Positions 15,001 to 26,791 of a DNA stretch of 64,000 nucleotides are shown here, piece by piece (position 1 is the stretch's first letter; each line of letters starts with the position of its first letter). Source of the stretch: Tubulanus polymorphus (lineage: Eukaryota; Animalia; Nemertea). A program made the translations under genes and the position numbers. Location: assembly GCF_964204645.1 (NCBI RefSeq), contig NC_134030.1, forward strand, positions 6,862,778 to 6,926,777, read 5' to 3'. The notes beneath the pieces are model-generated. The model ran no database searches and had not been told where the DNA came from. It saw nothing but the letters and a program-made list of their open reading frames with translations.

Positions 15001-17125
15001 TTAATACACTCGCAAATTATACGGACTTAAACGACTGAGGTGAGGTGCTTAACATACTTATGTACTGACCTTTGACTTTCTCGCAGTTGGTTCCAATGTA
15101 TCCTTTTGGGCAAGTACATTTATACTTCAATCCGACTACCTTACAGACACCGCCATTTTTGCAAGGTTTGTTCTCGCAAGGTTTTTCTGAAAGATTATTA
15201 GTAATCGGGTGGAGATTTTGCCGGCCCAAAGAACACTGGCAGCTGATGGTCAACAAGTTTTCTTTTAGATCGAATACAAATTGAATATCAGCCAACGACA
15301 TATATTTCAATATCGAAAAATAAACTATGTATTGAAAAACTAAATATTTGCATTCGAACATGCATAACATTTAGGCCTACGTGTGTCCCCTAAATCATTT
15401 AGATCATTACAACGATTCATTTACGACCGTGTGTTTCTGTTACGATGCTGACCAAACATCGCAGAGGCCTAAAACTGCAAGGGCGACATCCAATACCTAC
15501 CACAAGCCATTTTCATCACCTTTCTGATGACCAACTGTAATTCATCATAGGCAGCAGCTTTGATAACCCAGGACGGATTATAGGCTGCCGTTTTGAATTT
15601 GTCAGTCCTAGCTTTAACCACGACGAACAGCACTTTATTATTGTTTTTTCGATATGTTGCACCTTCACTCTGCATGTTGCCATTGTTTGACGGTACACCG
15701 TCCGTAATGACGATGGTTACTTTCTGGACACCTGGTCGCGCCTTGTTGAATATTTTCTACAAAAGATGTCGATGAAAATTAAGGTTATTTAAAGAAGATA
15801 TTATTCGTAGAGGAGCTGTGTTAACAACGAGACGGATAGTAATTTATTACAGGTAGATTAGTGAAGCTACTCAGCTATTCATTAAAGTTACTCAGCATGA
15901 TGAAGCTACCATAAATTAGAAGCGAAAGCTCGTACTGCAAATAATCAAGTTAACCTATAAAGTAATATCCGTCTCGTTTTTATTCATATTTCATAATCAT
16001 CACATCTTAACAACATAATTTTTGCACCTTCTATGAATTGTGTCCGAGTCCTATAGGAGACAAAATGGAACGATCGGTTGCAAGCCACAAGTTGAGTTTT
16101 ATGCTCAATCGTCTAGATATGTACAGGTTTATATACACGCGAGAGAAGCAAAAGCGTGAAATCATTATTATAAAAAATAGTGCAAGCGTGGAATAAATAG
16201 TGGCACTGGCTGCAAATCAGTTATCGGTAAAGTGATAAAATCAATGGCCGTGAGCCAACGAAGGGATTAAACTCTAACTAGTTCCAAAAGCTGATTTCCA
16301 AAACTCTTTCCCGAAAAACGTTCACAAAGAATTCGAGTAACTTTAAAAAAAATGTTGTTGTTGTTTATCGATTTTTGTTGACAACCTACCTCCCTAGTCA
16401 TCTTCATAGCGTATCCGATGAATGTTTGGCCCCACGCCCTTTTCATGCCGTATAGTTTATCTTCCATGGGGCCCTTTTCTCGCTCAGAGAAGTCAAAGAT
16501 AACTTGTGTGTTGCGCTTACTGCTAAATCTCAGGAGACCCATTTGAACGCCGTTTGCCCCAATCGTCACACTATCGAGGAACGTTAGGACAAACTGTTTG
16601 CTGTAGGAATATTCATGTTCGTTGACGCTGCTCGATGAATCCACGAGAAATGCTACATCGATCTTACACGCTGAAATTCAGAATATTTCACAGTTGCACC
16701 TTTTGCGTAGATTTTGTTTTCATGAAAATTATTAGAACTGAAATTATTCGTGAATTCTATAATTCATCACGATTTATTGGGCGACTTGGCCTTTAATATA
16801 AAGAACATAAGTTATCTTTTAATTTCACCAGTGTTGTGAAGCGTCTTATTTTACAATATCTTTTATCTACTAAATATTATATCCTATTGCAAATTATTTC
16901 GTAAATAGAATATTACTATTATTGATTTATTGGATATATATAGGACCTTCTCCCTGACGATATTTGACCTAACAATAAGCTATAGATTGGTTTTTAAATT
17001 TGCGTCTTAATATTGGATTTCCCAGAGAAATATTACATATTACCAAAAAAACATTTACCTGACAGCCGACCGGCGTTTGCGGTATGAAAATGTAGCAATA
17101 CCACAAAAAGTACATAATTTATCAT
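1..17125 (-). CDS. Large secreted multidomain VWA/EGF/VWD-C8-TIL mucin-like or adhesive-like protein; about 45 exons, 3' end beyond the left edge of the window
   Basis: Phase-compatible GT-AG exons read by eye, 5' to 3' on minus: 17059-17125 (signal peptide [19 protein letters not shown]), 16390-16670 + 15501-15756 (VWA1), 15070-15186 (EGF), 14716-14975, 14403-14607, 14171-14312 (VWD: CTGWGDPHY ... GLCGNCNG), 13817-14003, 13333-13441 (C8), 12972-13160 (TIL), 12798-12833, 12027-12307 + 11650-11911 (VWA2), 23 EGF exons 11520->4645, 4405-4551 (S/T linker), 4037-4317 + 3680-3941 (VWA3), 1448-2964 (Thr repeat + first half of VWA4), 1108-1369, 915-1025, 552-832 + 201-462 (VWA5), 1-124 (S/T-rich, truncated). 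Confidence 0.9.
1795..2955 (-). repeat. Coding 30-bp tandem repeat, about 38-39 copies, encoding ([10 protein letters not shown])n, a mucin-like PTS segment
   Basis: Plus-strand unit cagatttaatcggcgttgttgttgtatttc. The minus frame is continuous with VWA4 ([12 protein letters not shown]) inside exon 1448-2964. Confidence 0.95.
4645..11520 (-). CDS. Array of 23 single-exon Lys-rich EGF domains (part of the 1-17125 gene)
   Basis: Phase 1-1 exons of 114-120 nt: 11404-11520, 11171-11287, 10761-10877, 10558-10671, 10354-10467, 10151-10264, 9967-10080, 9326-9442, 9059-9172, 8852-8968, 8573-8689, 8380-8493, 8171-8290, 7975-8088, 7772-7885, 6129-6245, 5879-5992, 5691-5804, 5494-5607, 5300-5416, 5072-5188, 4866-4979, 4645-4758. 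Consensus PCDxKPCKNxxxCxxKGKxYxCxCKxG(F/Y)KGKxC. Confidence 0.92.
5480..6060. repeat. Recent triplication of one EGF exon plus its intron (unit about 190 bp)
   Basis: Three near-identical copies that include intron sequence (ctgcgaatgga(g/a)aaa...atattgctgcttcaaa). A short (attgagtaattttc)n run follows at about 6060-6118. Confidence 0.9.
6692..7723 (+). CDS. Intronless class A (rhodopsin-like) GPCR, FMRFamide/peptide-receptor-like family, nested antisense in an intron of the VWA/EGF gene
   Basis: ORF 6596-7723, first in-frame ATG at 6692. TM1 GIPAN, TM2 LALSD, TM3 SVDRY..I.LPL, TM7 NIFIY. Lies entirely within intron 6246-7771. Confidence 0.88.
   Translation: MRALTEPKMLRMHFLNSSCAICKRVTPAYSYVAGVVFANFLISSVGIPANFLTFVTLHITKSQASSSVIYMKCLALSDLFSCITCAFGRDLWYLAIYVRYFHRFNLDSVFHEFLLRYMLSIDAFYQSFLNSSAWLLFALSVDRYIAIILPLAARRLCTAKNARFLSILCFVLPFIFNIPTFWDNVFSLRSDCRGLPVKFYLLLANFHYSFIYNTVFGSFLLLTVPGTVVLICNVHMLHLVRKSIVHRHKLTNSCKGKSVRNGLQTTCVILVLNYFYFLVYIFDVVDTILPALGKYRPHFITSTFTAINSTINIFIYLGIRRSFGKTLVFVVTFGLCGSRIFTG
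12510..12758. repeat. Dispersed repeat family, copy 1 (other copies at 17965-18230 and, partially, 28440-28495)
   Basis: Shared core actagcgaacct(a/g)g(t/c)ggatcctcgc...gtggaatcctcg. Copies 1 and 2 also share tgaactttgaa upstream. Confidence 0.75.
13577..13730 (+). mobile_element. Penelope-like retroelement remnant: inverted-repeat structure containing a minimal hammerhead ribozyme motif (13645-13684)
   Basis: ATTC-CTGAAGA-T-GACT(cacattta)AGTC-GAAA-C-GTC-GAAT followed by AATAAA. The left half 13577-13631 is an imperfect inverted copy of the right half. Confidence 0.65.
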
Positions 17126-17657
17126 ACCGCTTGAAATTAGAGATATTCTTTTCATAATTTTAAATTTTGTTAAATTAAGCATCACTTTCTTCTTAGATTA
17201 AATCCATTTGTCAATATAGAAAACGATAATCCTTCTTGTTAGCCAATACCGCCGCCCATAAAACTATATCCCTGTGTATATCAGTATGGGGGTCTTGACC
17301 AAGATGAAACAGATGTCGACATAATACTTATACGAAATCGTCATACTTGACAGGTGGTGACAATTAGTTAGAAATTAAAAAAACTATACGCTGTTTAATT
17401 CGTATTGATAATCAATTCTATATTTCAAATGTATGTACATCATTTCAGTTGTATATGCGTATACAGACATCCCACGAGCAACTACCAACGATCACCAACA
17501 GTAGTGTTATCCAATGCGATATTTAAAATGCATACCGGTTCGCATAGGTGAGGCCGAAATTAGGAATCGAAGTTGATTTTCGCAGCTATGATGTAAGAAA
17601 ACAAAAAAGACTAATTTCAGTTGAAACGATGAAAGTTTCCTGTAAATTGTTCTAATC

Positions 17658-17831
<174 letters not shown>

Positions 17832-17964
17832 CATTATCGTAGTGTCACAGCTTGTTAGAATAAGATGAATGTTCTTGTAAATGCTCATATGTCAATGATT
17901 AACCGCAATGCCGGGTATCCCCTCAGATAGCGCGACGAGCTCTCAGTCCGCGCCATCAAAATTA

Positions 17965-18230
17965 GTTCATTTTCATTGAACTTTGAATTGAATCTTTAGG
18001 CTAGGGTTGATCCATAAATTATCACAGGGCCCACACAATGTATACGATGAATTAATTTTTCTACTCATATATCGGTATAGTTTTCATTAATAATTGATTT
18101 AATTAGGAAATGTTCAATCAGCTTTGAAATTGAAAAGCAAAAGGAGATTGAACGCGGACCACTGAATAACTACTAGCGAACCTGGTGGATCCTCGCTCGC
18201 CATGAGTGGAATCCTCGATGGCCACGGGAG
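17965..18230. repeat. Dispersed repeat family, copy 2
   Basis: Aligns by eye to 12510-12758. Confidence 0.75.
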
Positions 18231-19684
18231 GTCGTAGGTTCCCCATTTTCCTGAAAAAATACAGGAAACCAAAATGATTTTAGGATGTTGATTTCGTAGG
18301 CGTACAACATCGTGCGGATTTCATTCATCACATTCCACTCGGATCGATCTAAATGTGTATAAACTAAACACAACCGAACAAGCGGAATATGTTCGATTTC
18401 AGGTGTTCAACAAACGAACCGTTTCGCGTTACGGAGAAATCTCTTTAAAACGCGCGTTAACGTGAATCAGTTAAATATTTGTCCCATCAACTTAGTGAGA
18501 TTTAAAGCGCCGCATATTTCCGTCGCCCCCATCGGGGCAACGGGGCGTTAAAATGATGAAACAGTCAGAAATTTAATGATAATGAGAGAGAAATTTAATG
18601 ATACCTCACTGGGAGACTGACATTGGTATCTAGAATTAACAAGTAGAAACCCGCAGTCAAACTTACTTGTAAATGATACCTTTTCTTCGGAATGAATTTT
18701 ATAGGTTATTGTGAAGGCGAAGATCATAAGCTTCTCAATACTATTCACTTCGACAAAAAAATACAAGTTTAATCGCAAAAGTTACGCCACTATTCTCTGC
18801 CTTAATGGTTATCGGAAATACTACTTTATCAAACTATGGCTGGCATCACGTATTCTAGATTCTTTACTAAAAAGGCCTTATAGCTTAACGCAGAATCTAT
18901 GAAGCTATATCCGCATACACACAGGTTCAACGAGGTTTATTAATTATTCTTAATAATCTCTTAATATGCATGCATGTCCGATTGAAGTAGTCTGAAGACC
19001 CGACGTTACAGCGCATCGGGTGCATCTTTCTTTCCAGTCGTTTTAATATAGCATTTATATTACACAGGAAAACGCTGAAGACATTTGTTTTTTTTTTCGC
19101 ACACTCTATGAACGAATGAAGACTATTGTTTCTTTCTGATATACGTTCACTGATGCTACGTAAAATGAAGATTCCTTCCGAGTAGAATTTATGTTTTTTA
19201 ACCGCATTATGATATTGTACACCGGTTATGAAGCTATCTATATATCTCTTGATAGATGTGGCCTTTAGTCGCAACAACGTGTTATATAAATGGTTGAAGA
19301 TATTTAATTTTTTTGGAAAACGGTCTTTGATCATTTCATTCTGCGCAATCGATGTAAATGTCTGTCGTTCAATTGCCATGTCAGTTTCTGAAATAGCACC
19401 TTATAGCTTTGCGATTCATCCCTGTGGGAAATTCGTCGGTAGATGTTTTTTAAGAATGATTCAATCAGCTAGATAGTTGCAGTGGAAGAATTCGTAGCGC
19501 GCGTCGCTCGCTGATTGGTCGTCACCGGGTAGCGGCTCTCCAATCAATGCGTACGGAATACGGATAATAAGAAAGAGCACGATCGAATGAGCAAAACGTT
19601 TTATCATCTGGTTGTGAGTTTTCCCAAACGACTCGGTAACCGACGGCTTTCTTTCCATTTCATCTGCGACCGTGAACGGTGATT

Positions 19685-20584
19685 ATGTTTCCACGACGCG
19701 GTTTTGTTATAGTAGCGCTAGTAACTTGTGTAAATGTTGCTTACATCGACGGTATTTCGTCGGCAGCGACCAACGCAGAGGTGATGAACGCCGCCGAAAA
19801 AAGAGGCTTCAAGCCGTGGGGAGGAAAACGCGCTCCGGAACCGGCGACAGACGACAAACATTTCAACGAACTTTTGGAACGAGTATGGAGTGCGAAAAAC
19901 GACCGAGATGACGAAGATGCCGAAATGGACGAGTTACTCGACGATAAAGCGGCTATCGTTAGGAGGGGTTTTAAACCATGGGGCGGTAAAAGATTCGTAA
20001 ACGCTGAGGTGGAAAGACGAGGGTTCAAACCTTGGGGAGGTAAAAGAAATATAGACTGGGAAATTCCCGTTTCGTTGCAAATGCGCGCGATAAGAAGCAT
20101 AGCAGACGAGGCGAAAAACGAAAAACGAGGTTTTAAACCGTGGGGTGGCAAACGAAACCTTAACGCAGTAAATTCAGACCAATCCAAACGGGGTTTCAAA
20201 CCATGGGGCGGTAAACGGTCTGTAATTGATGACGCAGATAAACGAGGCTTTAAACCATGGGGTGGTAAGAGACACTGGACGGCTGATGACGTAAAGCGGG
20301 GTTTTAAACCGTGGGGCGGAAAACGCGGATTCAAACCGTGGGGCGGAAAGAGAACGTCGGGTGACGGTACATCGGCAGAGAAGCGCGGATTCAAACCGTG
20401 GGGCGGAAAACGAGATGAATTTCATGCGGAACTCGATGAGATAAAACGCGGCTTTAAACCGTGGGGAGGAAAGCGAAACTCGTTAGAACTGCCGCCTAAC
20501 TCTGAACACCGGCGACTGAGCGACGATTCACCGCTCGTACAAAAACCGCAGACACGCGGTTTTAAACCTTGGGGAGGCAAATAA
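19685..20584 (+). CDS. Kinin (leucokinin-family, FxxWGamide) neuropeptide precursor with 11 copies of GFKPWG-amide
   Basis: ATG at 19685, hydrophobic signal peptide, 11 x GFKPWG-G flanked by KR/RR convertase sites, acidic spacers. The last copy is preceded by a single R and ends GK-stop. Confidence 0.95.
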   Translation: MFPRRGFVIVALVTCVNVAYIDGISSAATNAEVMNAAEKRGFKPWGGKRAPEPATDDKHFNELLERVWSAKNDRDDEDAEMDELLDDKAAIVRRGFKPWGGKRFVNAEVERRGFKPWGGKRNIDWEIPVSLQMRAIRSIADEAKNEKRGFKPWGGKRNLNAVNSDQSKRGFKPWGGKRSVIDDADKRGFKPWGGKRHWTADDVKRGFKPWGGKRGFKPWGGKRTSGDGTSAEKRGFKPWGGKRDEFHAELDEIKRGFKPWGGKRNSLELPPNSEHRRLSDDSPLVQKPQTRGFKPWGGK

Positions 20585-23336
20585 AGGAGGTAAGTTAGGA
20601 AATTATGTATATATTGAGACAATCGAAAACAATCGAAAGCTATTAACTAATAACCATAGGCAATATTGTATACTCTAGTTTTTGAAGAAGGAATGGAGTT
20701 TAGTTAATATTTGATAGTATAATTCTGTATCTATATCGAAGGAGTTTTTACAATTTTTTGGGAAAAAGGGATAAGAAAACAAGTCTTCGATTTTGTTATG
20801 ACGATGGAAATGTTGGCACTGCACGCCAGTGCATCTTCATGAAGCATTTTCACAAACATAGTTGTCTGCAGTAAGGAAACATTTTACGTATGCAAGTAAA
20901 CATTTTCAAATGGGATGGCAATTTACGACAAACACTCGTGGATACGAGGCGCACTTTTTCAACAACTTGAAATATTGGACGAACCGTCAGTTGAAGTCTG
21001 CCAAGTACTGTTAACGGTTTCTAATGACGTAGTACGTATAGATGATTAATTAACACGCAAAATACCCATACGTCCTAAATGCCATCCTTTGATTTGGTGA
21101 AATCCTCACAGAAAGGATAAGTACGTATCAATCATTTCATTTATATCTTCAACTTATTTGGATCAAGTACATATCCATCACAATAGAAAGGAAAAAGAAA
21201 ATCGTTACAAGGGTCAAACACGTATAAGTGCAAGAACGCGTTTGAAGAGGTTATAGTTTACTATTTCGTTGGTGAAATTTATGGTTTGTTAAAACTTTAT
21301 AGATTCATAAGGATTTTTGATTGATAGTGGCGCGTTTCAAAATTTTCACCATCTTTCACACGTATAAGTATAGCGTAATCCCCAAGTTTGACCTCGACGT
21401 ACCTTTCTGCCGTTGGAAAAAGTCATCAATATGGTCAGTAGAAAATGTATGCTTTCCACTTTGAATTTGCCATTTACGATTCTTTTCGTGTGTATTAAGA
21501 TAAATCACATCCATCAGTAATCGTGTGAGTTTGTGTGGGTTCAACGTGATAAATTTCCCCCATTCCTCATCCTGCTACGTATCACCGCTTTCATTTTTTT
21601 CCAGATTATTACGATTATAGATTTTGTTCGGTTCGTGACACATTTATGTCAAGTTTTCTAACCAGACTTGGACCTGGAAATAACTAAAAGTAGTAAAAAG
21701 AGCAGCAGCTTTCCATCAGAGGAATTCTATAATGAGGGATATCATTCGAATCAGAATGATATCAAAGTTTGTTTGAAACATTTTGACAGGCAGCGTGTTA
21801 ATCAGATTTGGAATGAGAAAAAAATAGGCATAGTTACCCATTATCAATCATGTGCAACTAGATAATAGACACATTTTACACAAAACGAAGGTAATGATCA
21901 GATAGTGTAGGCGTGTAATATACGTATCTTGATCGGTTCTGATTATCTTAGAATCTGATCGCTTTCCATCGAGTTCGCATCAAATTCGGTATTAATTCCG
22001 AATTGCGAAACTATCAATTAGACTGGTTTAAATTAGCCATCAACAAGCGTCGCAATCAAGATAATGATTAGAATATTGTGCACAGAAATCTGAATCGTAA
22101 GTTAATTCGATTCTTCACTCGGTTGAAATTGCTTATAGCTATTGCAATCAGTGTTAGTGATGATTTCTTATCGCGTATATAATATTATCACGTAAATTAG
22201 ATCCGGACAATACCGAGACGAATGAACTTGCATTGATTATATGACATGCACCGGGTTGGTGTCCAATTTCAAACCGGTCTTTAATAAGCCTGACTTCAGT
22301 GTTTCATGTATAAGGTCCCCCCAACATAATTTGACTATTTCAACTTGAAGAAAATTTAATGCTATGTTGTAATCCTTTTTGGGAAAGTAAAGTTTAGTAG
22401 TATTTAGTATAGTACAGTTCTTCAGGTGAAGATACATTCTACCGAAAAGGAAAATGAAAAGTAGTGATTCAATAATAGTTCTTGTCGGTTCTCATAGCTT
22501 GATATAATCCGTGACGTCGCAAGGAAATTCGAACGTACACGACACATACGAAACGCAATATATGATCTGATTATGGAATATATTTGCCTCCTTACTCGGT
22601 TGAAATTGTTTTCTCTGGTAATTCACTTAAAAAGTTTTCACAATCTAGATTCGAAGTATGTCCTCGTGTATTAACAGTCGCGCGCGCGTGTGATGATGAC
22701 TCGATCGTGAAGTGGCGAGAAAAAAATATCTTAATTTCATATTCGGCGGACCTCCCGAAAGATTTGTAGTTCGTCTAGAACGTCGCGTTCGTGAAATTAT
22801 TACAATAAACACAGCGGCTGTTTCGTTAAATACGAGGGTATTCACTTTCAGTTTGCTGAACTCCTTAAGGGTGATATCCGTAATAGTTTCTACTACGTCA
22901 ATTGAAGCCCCGCACACTTCACCATGCATATAACGAGATAACATACGCCTACAGTAATTTACGCGCACGATACAATTCGACGGTTTTTTTTGCATTTTTG
23001 AAATGAAACCACTGATAACGAAGTTGTTGTCGGGAAATGACATTCTAACGAAACATGGTGACAAAAAAACTGTTTTAGTCAATATAGTTACGTCATATCG
23101 ACGCACTTCGCCATTCGCAAATTTCAAATACGAAAGTAAATTCATTTTTTAATTCAATCAAGTACTATGTAGGATTGCTACTAAAATGGAACCCGGTATC
23201 TTAAAGTCAGTTGCTTTCTTTGCAAAAAAAAGTTAGTCGAGAGCGTAAATTAAGCTCGTGGCAGACAAGGCAAATTCTTCGGCATACCAGCATTCGCCCT
23301 AGAATTCGCCTATGATGTAACCAAGGTTGACACAAT

Positions 23337-23557
23337 TAGGCGAATTCGGAATAGAATTGCCGATCACACGATTCAGTGTGCATTTTTCGCCGAATTTATT
23401 CGATGAAGGTGACACGCCGGGCGCAATATTTAGCATGTTTGATTCGTGTGAATCGATTCGCCGACTAGAGAATATTCGCATTGCGTCCCTTGGCACCACT
23501 ACGCAGAATTCGGCAAAAATCGATTCGCTGAGTAAATTTGCCGATGGAATTCGCCTA
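23337..23557. mobile_element. Degenerate palindromic MITE-like element
   Basis: Ends taggcgaattc / gaattcgccta, with an internal inverted pair ttttcgccgaatt / aattcggcaaaa. Confidence 0.5.
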
Positions 23558-24428
23558 GTCAGATTTATCTGCAGAGCAAGGCTCAGGAATTGGCTTACGT
23601 GTGAATAATGAAACCAATTATGCACCAAACGTTTTTTTAAAAACTCGTGTCACTTATTTTAAAAGTACCTTTTCTTTAACCGTCACCAACAGTGATAAGG
23701 AAGTGAATATCGAATTAAGATATAGGGAGCAAGTTTTGTTTCCAAAACATGGCAAAACAGTCAAGAATCGAATAACTGAATTGGAAAAAATCGCTATATC
23801 ATTTCCTTTATTAGCAATTGCATTTCGATATTCTAAAATGAACAGCAGTGATACCAATTATGATTCAAATTCAAAGTAAAACAAAAACTAGTACTGTAGG
23901 CAGCAAGAAGAGTGATATTCATCTGATTGATGTATTCATCGGTGCGGCAGTAAATATATTTCAGTCCTCGATATACCGAATATTTCTGTCCTGCTTTCTA
24001 CGTAAAACAACCGACGCCAATTCGGATATTATCGTCGACGCACGGAAAACGGTCGGCTACATCGGAATTGCGAGCACGTCGTCCGTACAGCAGACGAAAA
24101 TAATCGTGCACTAAGTACAATCCGATAGTAACCGATTGGTCATAATGTGAAACAATTTCTACTTCATTGACCGTCGCTAACGGAACATACACCGCAATTG
24201 ATTCAAACATTGCTGAGATTGATTCGATTTTTTCACGAAGATTCGACGTTAATTTCATCAGATCTCACGCTTCGCTGATATAATGCACCGTAATAGACGC
24301 AAAGTATGAGCTCGGGTTTTAAGAGGTTACGCCACATCAGACCCTAGAGTTCCATAATTACATCGAAATACCAGTTAATGTTTCCAGGTAGACATCGATT
24401 ACTATGAAGAAATAGGGCACTATGACTA

Positions 24429-24596
24429 CAGTAGACTCCGCTCTAGTCAACTCGGATAGCCGTTCAACTCACTCGGATGTTTTCTAAATTTAATTTTTGT
24501 GAAACTGATATGAAATACATAATAACCAACTCGGATATCACTAACATCGGACACGTTTAATGGTCTCAAAAGATCCAACTTAAGCGAAGTCTACTG
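24429..24596. mobile_element. Tc1/mariner (pogo/Tigger-like) MITE
   Basis: TA|CAGTAGACTCCGCT ... AGCGAAGTCTACTG|TA: terminal inverted repeats with a TA target duplication. Confidence 0.8.
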
Positions 24597-26246
24597 TATG
24601 ATACAGATTAGCCTGCAAGTAGAGCATTTCTGGAGTTATCCATCACCCCACTTCCACCATACTTTTTCTTCGGTTATTTTGTGGAATAATGGGTCAAATA
24701 AAGTAAAAACTTTAATTATTTCTCTCCATATCAATATGTCTACAAACTGACAATAATGAATTGCTTTGTATTGTCCACTTGTCATCTTATATCCATACAC
24801 GCACTTAACTAATTAGTCAAATTCTTCTTTTTCAAATCTTGTTCGAAAACATCATAATCAGACTAAGAGTGAACTGAGAGTATCTTGTATACCTTCGTGG
24901 AAATACTAACGATACGGATCTCAGCATCATTCCCGCACGTTCATATCGAAACCGAAGAGAGTTCGAGTACACAAGATGAAGCTGTTCTGCTTGATGCATT
25001 CACAAATTGACCTGTCACAAAATATACTGCAATGGTCAGATATGCCATTTTTTATCGACAGTGGAAGTTTGTCATTGGCTAAGAATATCCATTGGCAAGT
25101 ATCTGTCGAGCCGCACATTATTTTGGTCGGGTAGTTTCAATAACTTTCTCGGACATTCTGAATCCGGACTATGATCAAAATCAATTTGCCATTCGTTTCC
25201 GAATCCAGCGATGAATCTGTTCGTATTTCATTTTGTGTGGAATTCAAGCAAGATGGCGGTTGATAATGTTTGTAGAACGCCAACGATTTTTGATCGTGAC
25301 GTTGCCAATAACTTTCGCCACGTACATGGGACGTTAATAACCACCAAACCAAATATACAACTCCAACACTACCCGCTTTATAATGTGTAATGTCCGTCGA
25401 TGAAACGCTTTTTATTCGTGTTTTAATATATGTTCTTTACTTTACGCCGACTACATATTCCTGCAGGTAGTAGTTTTACGCGCTTCCCATCAGCGTCCAA
25501 AGGAAATTCTCTATTTATGGTCTCCAACCAAATTGATGAAAAACGTACGTCATGCTTGCAACACGTATGCCTAATTTTCTGTGAAATAATATAACGAATT
25601 TCAGTAAACCTCGTTTTACTCGAACACGCCCAAATCGGACTTTTGACTAATAATTCGGACAATAACGAAATAATTTATCTGACTTCCAAACCAGCTAACC
25701 AATATTGCCGGCCCCAGTTTGTCCGAGTCAAACGACGTATATTCTATTAACTGTCCCTAGAACTCGATCCTAAGCGTCGAATATTGCAGTTTGTAAAATC
25801 TGACGGTCATCATCTATAGTTCAATTCGTGATTTACTAATGTTGATGTTTCGACCGTGGTCGATTTGGCGAATCGGGTATTGTCGGATGTGAGTCACGTG
25901 AGTACTACAGAAGTTTTCCGCCACCTCGGTTTCACCTCGAGATGCGGCGGTAATTCAAGTCTCGTCGAGATAGCCTCTAATCAAACGTAACACGTCGATC
26001 TATAAACGATTTCTTGTAGCATATAATCGACTCACGGGCCGCTTCTAGAAAAAACAAAGAGCCAATGCCTCGGAGGCAGGCTGGCCTATCGTAGTTGAGA
26101 AAGTATCCATGGCCATATTTGAAAAGGAAGAGAAGATACGAAAATAATATGTGCGTGAATTCGAATGGAATAAGAATATAGCTTTGTGTTTTTGTAGCTT
26201 TGAACCTGCCAAATATATCTTCGGTAGAGAGTGCAATGTTTCAAAC

Positions 26247-26362
26247 AGCCACAACAAGACAAAAACTGTAACAAAATTCGTCTTTAAACCGATCGATTTC
26301 GTGATTGCTCCATCCCATTTTCATCGATTGGGTTGAAGATCAATTTATGTCTTGTTGTGGCT
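26247..26362. repeat. Fold-back hairpin of about 115 bp (small MITE or hairpin RNA)
   Basis: Perfect 15-bp inverted repeat agccacaacaagaca / tgtcttgttgtggct, plus inner pair tctttaaaccgatcgat / atcgattgggttgaaga. Confidence 0.7.
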
Positions 26363-26791
26363 ATATTTAAATACTTCCAAAAATCCCAATTAACAATTTG
26401 AACTCTTTCTTTGATACTATTTCGGAGACAATTATACTTGAAAATCTTTCATCAAAATTCAAGTATATTCGATCCAGTAGCCGATTACTTACCGACTACT
26501 CAATCATTATTACAAAAACAAAATGCACCAAATAACGGCATATATACAGCTCTTTGAAATGTTTTGGTGTATCAATGAACTTCCCGTGTATGATTTCGAT
26601 ATCCTAATGACGTCAGGCATTTCAATGGAAGTCGGGGACTTTATCCGAGCTCAATCATTTGTGTTTACACGATGTATATATTATATATTATGATGCCGTT
26701 ATTCTGCAAAAATAACATCTCGTTTTCCGACGCAAAATTATAATATACATTATTAACAAGTAAAATAAAAAACCGCGTTTGCCAATTACAG

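Noticed and set aside
19741-20394. 217-aa antisense ORF (PPHGLKP repeats)
   Set aside because: Mirror frame of the kinin precursor.
19790-20584. Repeat-spacer pattern resembling a CRISPR array
   Set aside because: Repeats vary at synonymous positions, spacers are in frame and variable in length, there are no cas genes, and the context is eukaryotic. It is a neuropeptide precursor.
21300-25400. Minus-strand ORF fragments (22645-23145, 23998-24258, 24927-25352) as a gene
   Set aside because: They could not be joined by splice sites, are interrupted by stops and MITEs, and show no recognisable domain. At most a decayed pseudogene; BLASTX is needed.
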